Assembly: GCA_963786955.1 (NCBI GenBank)
Contig: CAWBAT010000006.1
Coordinates: forward strand, 1 to 64,000
Direction: 5' to 3'
DNA: 64,000 nt
DNA from: an uncultured Acidimicrobiia bacterium
GTDB taxonomy: Bacteria; Acidobacteriota; Terriglobia; Versatilivoradales; Versatilivoraceae
Positions within the stretch are counted from its first letter, which is position 1. Every line of letters starts with the position of its first letter. Under the pieces are notes generated by a model. That model ran no database searches. It saw only the letters and a program-made list of their open reading frames with translations, and was not told where the DNA came from. This document shows positions 55,886-64,000 of the stretch, piece after piece. Both the position numbers and the translations under genes were made by a program.

Positions 55886-56287
55886 TCATTTCCTGTAGGT
55901 CGCATAAGAGGTTGGAGTTTCCCACAATCTGACCTCAGCCACGGGAAGCCCTTGTGACTCTGCGTACTCGTAGATCACGCGGGCAATGTTTTCAGCCGTC
56001 GGATTTTCTTCCATCACAAAACAAGGTTCCTTCAAGTCCCGGAGGATTTTGACGACAGGATCTCGTTTACACAAAAGCATGGAGTGATCGAGTTCTCTGT
56101 CAATCCAGGTTTTTACAACCTGATTAATCTCTCCGAAATCCACCACCATCCCACGGTTGTCCAGGGTTTGTGAGACGATTTCAATTTCAGCAATCGCATT
56201 GTGACCATGCAAGTGCTGACACTTCCCTTCGTATTCGAGCAGTCGGTGGCCATAGCAGAAATGGATTTCTTTTGTGACTTTATGAAT
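55886..56287 (-). CDS. queD: 6-carboxytetrahydropterin synthase (QueD/PTPS family), apparent ATT start
   Basis: In-frame extension IHKVTKEIHFCYGHRLLEYEGKCQHLHGHN, plus GMVVDFG, LDH, NPTAENIA and VRLWET; AAGGAGG SD 5 nt before ATT. Confidence 0.9.
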   Translation of the reverse strand: MHKVTKEIHFCYGHRLLEYEGKCQHLHGHNAIAEIEIVSQTLDNRGMVVDFGEINQVVKTWIDRELDHSMLLCKRDPVVKILRDLKEPCFVMEENPTAENIARVIYEYAESQGLPVAEVRLWETPTSYATYRK

Positions 56288-56388
56288 GAGAGCCTCCTTG
56301 GTTAGTCTGAACTAATTATAACCGACTTCCCGCTCAAACGATGCGGAACGAATTTCAACTCTTGTGGTGACCACAGATTGAAGAATCA

Positions 56389-56410
56389 ACCACGGGGAAC
56401 AACGGGAAAG
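56389..56410 (+). repeat. Solo AACCACGGGGAAC repeat arm
   Basis: Shares aaccacggggaaca with the left arm at 60077. Confidence 0.45.
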
Positions 56411-56775
56411 ACTCCAGAGAATTGAGATAGCCGGAAATTAGCGCTTATATTTCTTCTGCAGCCAAGGTGTCATTCGTTCTTTAAACGCATTGCCTCCGCC
56501 AAGGGAACGCAATAAAATTAAACCCATCAGATCCATACAGGCGTATTGGATCCCCAAACAAAACTAATCAATCGCAACTATTGGCGCTAGCCAGTAGTCT
56601 AGTATAGGCACATTGAACATTTCATCTATGCCAGAACAAAGGGGGAAGACTCATCTTTTGGACGAGATACACGTTGGCCTTCATTATAGGCTGAATGGGC
56701 TTCAACTCCAACGGGATCACTTGAACCTTTTTTTTGTAATATTTTTCTGACGGTCTAAGTCGAAAGTATATTCCC

Positions 56776-59367
56776 ATGGCGAGTCCCGTATTCACGATCG
56801 CCCTATCTTACTGCCTCGGCATTCTCCTGAGCGAACACATTCATACTCCGGTGGTACTCCTGGTTATCTATTCCGGCGTCATCTTACTGTTGCTTTGGTT
56901 TTCATATTTTAAGAAGTCCGGCCAGCTGGTCCTCATTTGCGCATCTCTGGCCTTTGTTGGATTCGGTTTAGCTGCCCCTGCCCTTCACAATCTGGGATAT
57001 CCTCCCGCACATCTCAAACGGCTTTTGGAGAAAGGAGTATTGGATCTTCGGGAACCCTGCCGCGTCACTGGGGTCTGCACCAAGAGTTCGATACGCCGGG
57101 CGATCGGTGAACAATTCGAGTTCGAATTGGAAAGAATCGAGAATAGGCACTCGGTCTTCCAAGCCTCAGGAAAAATCAGGCTGGCCCTCTACTATCCGAA
57201 GGGAGAAGTCCCGCCATCACAGGCTCTCATTCAGGCTGGAGAGCGACTCGCAGTCCTGGCTAACTTGCGTTTACCACAAAACTTCAACAATCCTGGTCAG
57301 TTTGATTCCGTCGCCTTCTTGGGGCGGCAGGATGTTTTTCTAGTGGGTACAGTCAAAAGCGAGCTTCTAATCACCCGCCTGGGTTCCCATCAAGGGGGAT
57401 TGCTGAGAAACACGATTTCGCGTCTCCGTTCTACCTTGCTCGAACGCATTAGCGCAGCCTTTCCTCAATCATCCCAGGTGCAGGAAATTGCCAGAGCCTT
57501 GCTTCTGGGAGAGAAACAAGGGTTGGACCCTGCGGTAGAACAAGCCTTTCAAGCCACTGGGATTTACCATGTCCTGGTGGTCTCCGGTCAGCACGTGGCT
57601 ATTATTGCCTTGTCATTGTTCATGGTTTTTAAGTTCCTGCGCCTCCCCAAGGGAGTCTCGTCTCTCCTGACCGTGGCCGCTCTCTGCTTGTACTGTGCGC
57701 TCACCGAAGAACAACCCTCCATCGTTCGAGCAACGCTGATGGCCGGAACCTTCCTCGTAAGCCTGAATTTTGACCGGGATCGCAATCTGCTGAATTCTCT
57801 CTCACTTGCCGCATTGCTGATTCTGCTGGACGACCCGCGCTGGGTCGTGGATCCAGGATTCCAGCTTTCCTTTCTTTCGGTTCTTGCGATTGCTCTGATT
57901 GCCCTTCCTGCGTTGGAGTGGAGTCTCCAGCCTGTTCGCAGCACCCTGCAGCGTCTGCACGACGCTACTCTTGACGCCAGAGTTCCCCCTCGTTGGGCGG
58001 ACTTTCGGATACGGTTGCGCGGAGCGTTGGAGAACCTGCGACGCTATGTTCCTAGCAGAGTCCATCAAGTGATCGTGATGGGCGTCAGTCTTAGCCTTCG
58101 CCTCGCTTTCGTGACGGCCGAAATCGCTGTCGTTTCATTTTCCATCCAAGCGGTGTTTGTTATATTGATGATTCTTTATTTTCACCGCGTATCCAGTCTG
58201 GCTTTGGTCATGAACCTCATCGTTGTCCCTTTGGTGGGATTGATTGTCCCGATCGGGTTTCTGTGTTTGTTGATCTCCTTTATCTCTCAGGCCGCTTGCC
58301 TCGTTCTCGCCAAGCTGTGTATTCTTATGCTCAGATCATTGCTAACCCTAACTCTCTTTTTCTCCAGCGAGGCGTGGGGGAATTATCGTCTCACTTCTCC
58401 TCCGGTTTGGATCGTGGTGGTTTATTTCTTCCTTCTGGGTTGTATTCTCGTCCCTCGTGTGCCGAAGCGAATGCGTCTCCTTGCCGCATTTTCTGCAACC
58501 ATTTTCTTGTTTGCCATTCTTCTTTACCCCTTTGCGCCCCGTTTGCCCGCCAATAACCTGCAGATCACGCTGATCGACGTGAGACAAGGTGACAGTATTC
58601 TCCTGAGCTTTCCAGGCAACCGCACCATGTTGATCGACGGAGGCGGCTTGCTCGGAAGAGCATTCGGCGAGGTGTATTCGGAAGACGAATTTGATGTGGG
58701 GGAGCGGGTCGTTTCCCCATTTTTATGGTCGCTAGGATTAAGACGAATTGACCGTTTAGTCCTGACTCATGCTCATCATGACCACATGGCGGGTCTTCGA
58801 ACTGTGATCAACAATTTCCCGGTGGAAGAACTCTGGATTGGAAAGAATCCTCTGATCCCTGAATACGTTGGCCTTTTGAAAGCAGCTCTCCGCAAGGGTG
58901 TATTCATCCGCACTTATTGTCAGGGGGAAACAGCTCAGTTTGCGAATGGGACGTTTGAATTCTTGAATCCAGGGCCCAATGCAGAGATCGGCCCAACACC
59001 GAAAAACAATGATTCACTCGCATTTCGTCTGCGCTATGGGGAAAGAAGCTTCCTGCTCACGGGCGATATTGAACAAAAAATTGAAGACCATCTCATTGCG
59101 AGCAAGGTAAATATCAAAGCAGACGTATTGAAGGTAGGGCATCACGGCAGCCGAACGTCCACCTCGCCAGAATTCTTGTCGCGCGTTCAACCGGTGTGGG
59201 CTCTCATTTCGGTGGCTGCTCATAGCCCTTTCGGACATCCGCATCCAGAAACGATTCAATGCCTGGTAGAGCATCGCGTTCCAATTTTCCGAACCGACGA
59301 GGATGGTGCCATCACGCTGACAACTGATGGAAGAAATCTAGAGATTTGCCTTTACGCGGAGAAATAG
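56776..59367 (+). CDS. comEC: DNA internalization competence protein ComEC/Rec2
   Basis: NFNNPGQFD, GIYHVLVVSGQH, GFQLSF, DVRQGDS, THAHHDH MBL motif, LKVGHHGS and FGHP. Confidence 0.95.
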   Translation: MASPVFTIALSYCLGILLSEHIHTPVVLLVIYSGVILLLLWFSYFKKSGQLVLICASLAFVGFGLAAPALHNLGYPPAHLKRLLEKGVLDLREPCRVTGVCTKSSIRRAIGEQFEFELERIENRHSVFQASGKIRLALYYPKGEVPPSQALIQAGERLAVLANLRLPQNFNNPGQFDSVAFLGRQDVFLVGTVKSELLITRLGSHQGGLLRNTISRLRSTLLERISAAFPQSSQVQEIARALLLGEKQGLDPAVEQAFQATGIYHVLVVSGQHVAIIALSLFMVFKFLRLPKGVSSLLTVAALCLYCALTEEQPSIVRATLMAGTFLVSLNFDRDRNLLNSLSLAALLILLDDPRWVVDPGFQLSFLSVLAIALIALPALEWSLQPVRSTLQRLHDATLDARVPPRWADFRIRLRGALENLRRYVPSRVHQVIVMGVSLSLRLAFVTAEIAVVSFSIQAVFVILMILYFHRVSSLALVMNLIVVPLVGLIVPIGFLCLLISFISQAACLVLAKLCILMLRSLLTLTLFFSSEAWGNYRLTSPPVWIVVVYFFLLGCILVPRVPKRMRLLAAFSATIFLFAILLYPFAPRLPANNLQITLIDVRQGDSILLSFPGNRTMLIDGGGLLGRAFGEVYSEDEFDVGERVVSPFLWSLGLRRIDRLVLTHAHHDHMAGLRTVINNFPVEELWIGKNPLIPEYVGLLKAALRKGVFIRTYCQGETAQFANGTFEFLNPGPNAEIGPTPKNNDSLAFRLRYGERSFLLTGDIEQKIEDHLIASKVNIKADVLKVGHHGSRTSTSPEFLSRVQPVWALISVAAHSPFGHPHPETIQCLVEHRVPIFRTDEDGAITLTTDGRNLEICLYAEK

Positions 59368-59392
59368 GATTTCGGGAGGCCATTCTTCAATT

Positions 59393-59599
59393 TCAGTATT
59401 CCGGAAGTTTACCGTCACTGTATCTTTTGAGGAAGTTTCCATTGACCAGATGACGCGGGTGAGTTAGGGCAAGTTCGTTTTCCACAATTCTCAGTTGTTG
59501 ATCGAGCGGTAAGTCTGGTTTTACCGTAACTCCGACAGGACCATAAAACTCGCCTTTACATTTTGGACACGGGACTAATTGATAGTGAAAATGTGCCAT
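59393..59599 (-). CDS. Small hypothetical protein with CxxC
   Basis: AGAGGG SD before ATG 59599; CPKC near the N-terminus and His residues later; co-oriented right after phhB. Confidence 0.5.
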   Translation of the reverse strand: MAHFHYQLVPCPKCKGEFYGPVGVTVKPDLPLDQQLRIVENELALTHPRHLVNGNFLKRYSDGKLPEY

Positions 59600-59635
59600 A
59601 TTCCCTCTTGTAGCCATTCCTACTCATCGTAAGCT

Positions 59636-59980
59636 TCACGTCAAATCTTTAGCAGGAGGAATTTCGTCGATTTTCGCCGCAAGAATAAAATCACTTTCAG
59701 TCAATCCATTAATCTTATGGGTCCAAATCTCAACTCGAACCTTCCCCCAGGCCAAATAGATGTCGGGATGATGATCTTCGCGTTCCGCAATCTCTCCAAT
59801 TCGATTGACCAGATGGAGGGCTTCCTTAAAGTCAGGCAGCTTATAGGTTTTGCTCAGATGGTGTTCCTCAATCACTTCCCAATCAGTAATCTGGCGAGCG
59901 AACATTCTCAGACCTTCACCTTTGAGAGGAGGCACTCCCCCCCGGCAAGGCACACAGCTTTTCTCGGCAAGATCGGACAT
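59636..59980 (-). CDS. phhB: Pterin-4-alpha-carbinolamine dehydratase
   Basis: KSCVPCRGG.PPL, AEREDHHPDI and WTHKINGLTESDFILAAKID; AAGGAGG SD. Confidence 0.93.
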   Translation of the reverse strand: MSDLAEKSCVPCRGGVPPLKGEGLRMFARQITDWEVIEEHHLSKTYKLPDFKEALHLVNRIGEIAEREDHHPDIYLAWGKVRVEIWTHKINGLTESDFILAAKIDEIPPAKDLT

Positions 59981-60076
59981 AACGAATTCCTCCTTAGATA
60001 CAATCAATTTATGCTCTCATACCCTCACTAGGATAACATTGTATGGAAGAACAACCGATCGACTGTGAACAAATTG

Positions 60077-60230
60077 AAACCACGGGGAACACGGGGGACC
60101 CTTCTACTGACGCCGCTGATTAGGGCTAACTGATATTTTCGATTTTCTATCGGCTATTTAGTATTTTCGATCTCAGTTTTATTAATTAAATCACACCAAT
60201 CAATTATTTCCCCCGTGCACACCGTGGTTT
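60077..60230. repeat. Imperfect inverted repeat pair flanking an AT-rich spacer
   Basis: aaaccacggggaacacggggga (60077-60098) pairs with tcccccgtgcacaccgtggttt (60209-60230). Confidence 0.7.
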
Positions 60231-60269
60231 AAGTTTTCCCTCGAATCAATGCAAGCCGTTCCAAATCAT

Positions 60270-61349
60270 TTATCCTTTCTTCGCTTTGGCCAATTCCGGT
60301 AATGATCCATCCGGCGCATAACGCCCATATTTATGCGCACATTCCATGATCGTGTGGATAGCGACAGGAGGGACTGCCGCAGTTAACGCACATCCTGGCC
60401 CAAGAATAAATTCACCATGGGGAGCCATCACGCTCATGATCTCTTGGGTGTGATTCCTGATTTCATCAACACTTCCGTATGGCAAGATATGCGTCGAGTC
60501 GAGCATACCCAAAACAGAAATGCGCTTGGTTATTTTTTGTTTTAGTGTCTTTGGGTCCGTTAGAGGGTCTAGTTCGAGACAATCGGCTCCAGTGCCCATG
60601 AGGTTCTCGATCAAACGGGTTTCATTACCGCAGGAATGAACAAAACTGCGCAGCCCTCCCAATCTCATGGCGTCGCAAAAAGCTTTCACTCGCGGACGTT
60701 CCAGGTCGTCGAAGAGCTTGGGAGAAATAAGACTCAAGCCAACCGATCCGAGGCTCGAACCATGGGCGCCTGCGCGCTTCTGGGCTTCTCCGTATGCAAT
60801 ATTTGTCTGCGAGCAAATATCCAGAAGTTGCAGAACTCTTGGACGAAGGTCGGGGTCCATGACAGCGGTCAGGAACTTTTCAGGGCCACTAAGAGCCAAA
60901 GCCAGTGCTACCGGCCCCTGATCAGCCCTCCCCATAACAAACACCTTCCCTTTCGTCTCGCGAACCAGAATTCGCGTAGCCTTTAACATTTCATTTAAGG
61001 GGAATGTCTTCTCGGGGTCCGGGATGCTGAGCTGGTCCACATCGCTCCAGGAGTGGATCGCACGCTTTTCGACATGAGGAGGAAGTTCCGCTTGATACCA
61101 GATTCCACATCCCATGGCTTCGGCTTCGGCGCAGACTCCGTTTTCGTGCATGATCAAGTCATGCCCAAACTCTCGCCAGGCAGCCAATTGAACATCTGCC
61201 AGCATCTCTCCACTTTTTAGAACAACACTCAGATCAGCTTTCGCCATCGCGCAAGCCATCAGAAAATTATGCAGGGCGACCGGAACTCTATCCGGTATCC
61301 GGTGATCTAAAACAGCATTGACACGTTCCAAAGAGTTCATTGAGTTCAT
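60270..61349 (-). CDS. Uroporphyrinogen decarboxylase-family protein (MtaA/CmuA-like)
   Basis: MNSLERV...PDRVPV, EAEAMGC, VHSCG zinc motif and FILGPGC. Confidence 0.85.
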   Translation of the reverse strand: MNSMNSLERVNAVLDHRIPDRVPVALHNFLMACAMAKADLSVVLKSGEMLADVQLAAWREFGHDLIMHENGVCAEAEAMGCGIWYQAELPPHVEKRAIHSWSDVDQLSIPDPEKTFPLNEMLKATRILVRETKGKVFVMGRADQGPVALALALSGPEKFLTAVMDPDLRPRVLQLLDICSQTNIAYGEAQKRAGAHGSSLGSVGLSLISPKLFDDLERPRVKAFCDAMRLGGLRSFVHSCGNETRLIENLMGTGADCLELDPLTDPKTLKQKITKRISVLGMLDSTHILPYGSVDEIRNHTQEIMSVMAPHGEFILGPGCALTAAVPPVAIHTIMECAHKYGRYAPDGSLPELAKAKKG

Positions 61350-61696
61350 TCGATTAATCCTCATAACTAATCTGGGGGAGAACGGAAATTGACCGACTCA
61401 GAAACGAACTCTAACGGCCTGGATCATACTGCGCCAGCCTAATCAACGAGTCAAGATCCATGCCATTCATGACCACATAAGAACTGAAACATTCACGACA
61501 TTCTCACATCCTTCTTTCTCTGCGACTTCCTATCCAGGACGTGCACCCATGGTTACCCGACAGGGTTCTCATGGTACTATCAGGCAAGTGAGCCACAATG
61601 CTCTATGGCACTCTGGTCCTTGCTAAGACAGAATAAGATTCATCATTAAAAGAAGCCGGCATTCATCTCTTTGGATTTTGGGATTGTTAAACTTCT

Positions 61697-62047
61697 ATGG
61701 ATCGTATTCGTTTTACCCAGCTAGTTGAAGAAGCCCTGACCCGTTTGCCAAAAGTCTTTAAAACCAAGCTTGAAAACATTTCCATTATAGTCGAAGACTA
61801 CCCTGAGGAAGCATTGGAGGAGGAGTTTGACGGCTTGCTTTTGGGTTTGTTTCGGGGAACTCCACGAACCGAACAATCCGTTTTTGCAACTCACATGCCC
61901 GCCCAGATTTTTCTTTACCAGAAAAACATCGAAAAAGTGTGCGGGACGGAGAAAGAAATTTTGGAACAGATTAATAAGACCTTGAAACATGAAATCGGCC
62001 ATTACTTTGGCCTTTCAGAGAAAGACCTGCGACGAAAAGGATATTGA
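61697..62047 (+). CDS. Minimal zincin-like metallopeptidase (DUF1025-like)
   Basis: F..LVEEAL..LP, LLGLFRG, P.QIFLYQKNIE and HEIGHYFGLSE. Confidence 0.9.
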   Translation: MDRIRFTQLVEEALTRLPKVFKTKLENISIIVEDYPEEALEEEFDGLLLGLFRGTPRTEQSVFATHMPAQIFLYQKNIEKVCGTEKEILEQINKTLKHEIGHYFGLSEKDLRRKGY

Positions 62048-62069
62048 TCCATCCGGCAGCAGCCGGCCG

Positions 62070-64000
62070 ATGAGAAAACTCTTGATGACCCCTGAAGAGA
62101 AAAATATAGAGGCAAATCGGGCCGGGTCGGCAGCAGGGCCTATTGGGCACTCCCTGCAAGAATCCAGCCTGGATGATCTTACCTCAACGTCCCTCCCAGC
62201 CAATGCTTATCACCCCCTCTCCCCAGGAGAAGTGTATTGTCCCTTGGTGCCAACAAGTGCCTCTCCTTTTGAAGCCACCCGACGATCTGTCGGATGGGGT
62301 CTTCTCTTGTGCGCTATTTTTACGATAGCTTCCGCTTATTCAGGGCTTAAAGTAGGCCAGGTCATGGAAGCCGCCATTCCTATTTCAATCCTGGCGATTG
62401 GCCTTGCCCGACTCTATCCAAGACGGTCGACACTGCTTGAAAATGTGATCATTACCAGCATCGGGGGTCTTGCCGGCGCCGTGGTGGCCGGCGCTATCTT
62501 CACGCTACCAGCGCTCTACATGCTCAAGCTTGCCCCTCATCCCCTTCAAGCCATTTTTATTTGTCTGGCTGGCGGATCTCTCGGCGTACTGTTCCTAATC
62601 CCTCTCAGACGCTATTTTGTGCGCGAAACGCACGGGAATTACCCGTATCCAGAGGCCACGGCCATCACAGAAGTATTGGTGGCAGGTGAAAAGGGGGGCG
62701 CCAAAGCCAAACTTCTCTTGCAATCCACGGCGGTTGCCCTGGTTTATGATTTTTTTGTAACGACGTTCCAGGTATGGAAGGAAACGGTTGATTTCCAGTT
62801 TATCCCATTGGTAAAGACAATGGCGGAACACGCCCGAGTCGTTATCCGATTCGATGCCATCGCCTTCATCCTCGGTCTCGGCTATGTGATGGGGCTGCGA
62901 TCTTCCATGATTCTCTGTGCAGGTGGTGTCCTCTCGAATCTGGTCCTCGTCCCATTGGTGTGGATGTTTGGTCAGAGCAACTCAAACGCGGTTATTTCGC
63001 CTGGACTAATTCCGATTGCGAGCATGAATGCCGAGCAAATATTCCGCAGTTACGTTCGCTTTGTGGGTGTTGGCGCCATTGCTACAGCCGGAATCTTCAG
63101 CGTGATCAAATCTCTTAAAGTGGTCGTGGGTTCTTTCTCCATTGCGGCCCGAACTTTTCAGCGGGGAGAGGACGCTCAGTTAGAGAGGACCGATCGCGAT
63201 ATCTCTGTATTCTCGATTCTGATCGGAGTTGTTCTGGTCACCCTTTGCGCCGCCCTTTTCTACGGCACTCTTGAAGGAAGTGGTTTCCTTTTTGTGACGA
63301 TGGCTTTACTGCTGACTCTTCTGTTTTCATTTTTTTTCGCCTCTGTGGCTGCCAACGCCATCGCCACAACAGCTCGGAACCCGGTTTCCGGCATGACGAT
63401 GCTCACCATTATTATTTCTTCAGTGATCTTCCTAAAATTTGGGTTGTCCGGAACAACGGGCATGTTTTTTATCATGGCGATTGCCGGAATGGTTTGCACG
63501 GCCCTATCTGTGTCGGGACAAACGATTACGGACCTGAAGACGGGTTATTGGCTCGGGTCAACCCCGGCGGCACAGGAGAAGGTAAAATTCCTGGGAGTCC
63601 TGGTTTCTTCCCTCGCTGTGGGGTTAACGATCGTCATGCTGGCCAACGCCTTTCAATTCGGTGAGGTCACCGCGGGGGATCCGAGAGCGGTTTTGGTATC
63701 CCCTCAAGCATCGATCATGAAGGCACTTGTCGAAGGATTCATGACAGGACAGCCCGTTGCCTACATCCTATTCGGAGCGGGAGCGGCGATTGCTGTAGTG
63801 ATGGAGATGCTTCGGGTCCCGGCCCTGATCTTTGCCCTGGGGATGTATCTGCCCCTCGAACTGAATTCTCCTGCTCTAGTTGGCGGATTTCTTTGTTACT
63901 TGATCAACCGGAGGGCGGAAAAACAAGGGGGCCTAAAAGGATCATCAATTCGGGAACGAGGAATCATCATCGCCTCCGGATTAATGGCAGGCGGTGCTCT
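62070..64000 (+). CDS. OPT family oligopeptide transporter, 3' end beyond window (absent from the ORF track)
   Basis: Manual translation from ATG 62070 gives LPANAY, YSGLKVGQVMEAAIPISILA, ENVII, IFTLPA, YPYPEATA, NPVSGMT, DLKTGYWLGSTP and FALGMYLPL. Confidence 0.92.
   Translation, partial: MRKLLMTPEEKNIEANRAGSAAGPIGHSLQESSLDDLTSTSLPANAYHPLSPGEVYCPLVPTSASPFEATRRSVGWGLLLCAIFTIASAYSGLKVGQVMEAAIPISILAIGLARLYPRRSTLLENVIITSIGGLAGAVVAGAIFTLPALYMLKLAPHPLQAIFICLAGGSLGVLFLIPLRRYFVRETHGNYPYPEATAITEVLVAGEKGGAKAKLLLQSTAVALVYDFFVTTFQVWKETVDFQFIPLVKTMAEHARVVIRFDAIAFILGLGYVMGLRSSMILCAGGVLSNLVLVPLVWMFGQSNSNAVISPGLIPIASMNAEQIFRSYVRFVGVGAIATAGIFSVIKSLKVVVGSFSIAARTFQRGEDAQLERTDRDISVFSILIGVVLVTLCAALFYGTLEGSGFLFVTMALLLTLLFSFFFASVAANAIATTARNPVSGMTMLTIIISSVIFLKFGLSGTTGMFFIMAIAGMVCTALSVSGQTITDLKTGYWLGSTPAAQEKVKFLGVLVSSLAVGLTIVMLANAFQFGEVTAGDPRAVLVSPQASIMKALVEGFMTGQPVAYILFGAGAAIAVVMEMLRVPALIFALGMYLPLELNSPALVGGFLCYLINRRAEKQGGLKGSSIRERGIIIASGLMAGGA

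Noticed and set aside
56288-56340. preQ1 riboswitch upstream of queD
   Set aside because: Only a TATAAT-like box and a short leader are visible; there is no preQ1 stem-loop with an A-rich tail.

Overview
This is bacterial chromosomal DNA, probably from an Acidobacteriota-like organism (inferred from gene content and style, not proven). It carries about 45 genes and gene remnants. Housekeeping or common genes include gyrB, thiM, radC, queD, comEC and phhB. Other modules are a MexAB-OprM-type RND pump with MarR, an IorAB-type molybdoenzyme, a four-gene sugar-phosphate operon (two cupin isomerases, a ROK kinase and a PMI-like protein), a CPA2 antiporter, a soluble MgtE-type CBS protein beside an NRAMP-family transporter, a SWIM-SNF2 helicase, polysaccharide-degrading enzymes, a NarL-type regulator beside an alternative sigma-70, a cytochrome c-ankyrin fusion, and an OPT transporter that runs off the right edge. 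Many genes, including the essential gyrB, have small frameshifts, most simply explained as uncorrected long-read indels. Several true remnants differ from these: an HNH nuclease, RhaT, a GH2-like gene with an internal deletion, an IS4/IS50 transposase, and 5'-truncated glycosidase and URO-D fragments. Non-coding highlights are a 215-bp MITE with perfect 24-bp TIRs and a 9-bp target duplication that contains a REP-like element, several dispersed palindromic repeats, sigma-54-like promoters, and paired operator-like palindromes upstream of the sigma factor. I found no rRNA, tRNA, CRISPR array or recognisable riboswitch. No clearly new system is demonstrated; the best candidates are listed as findings.
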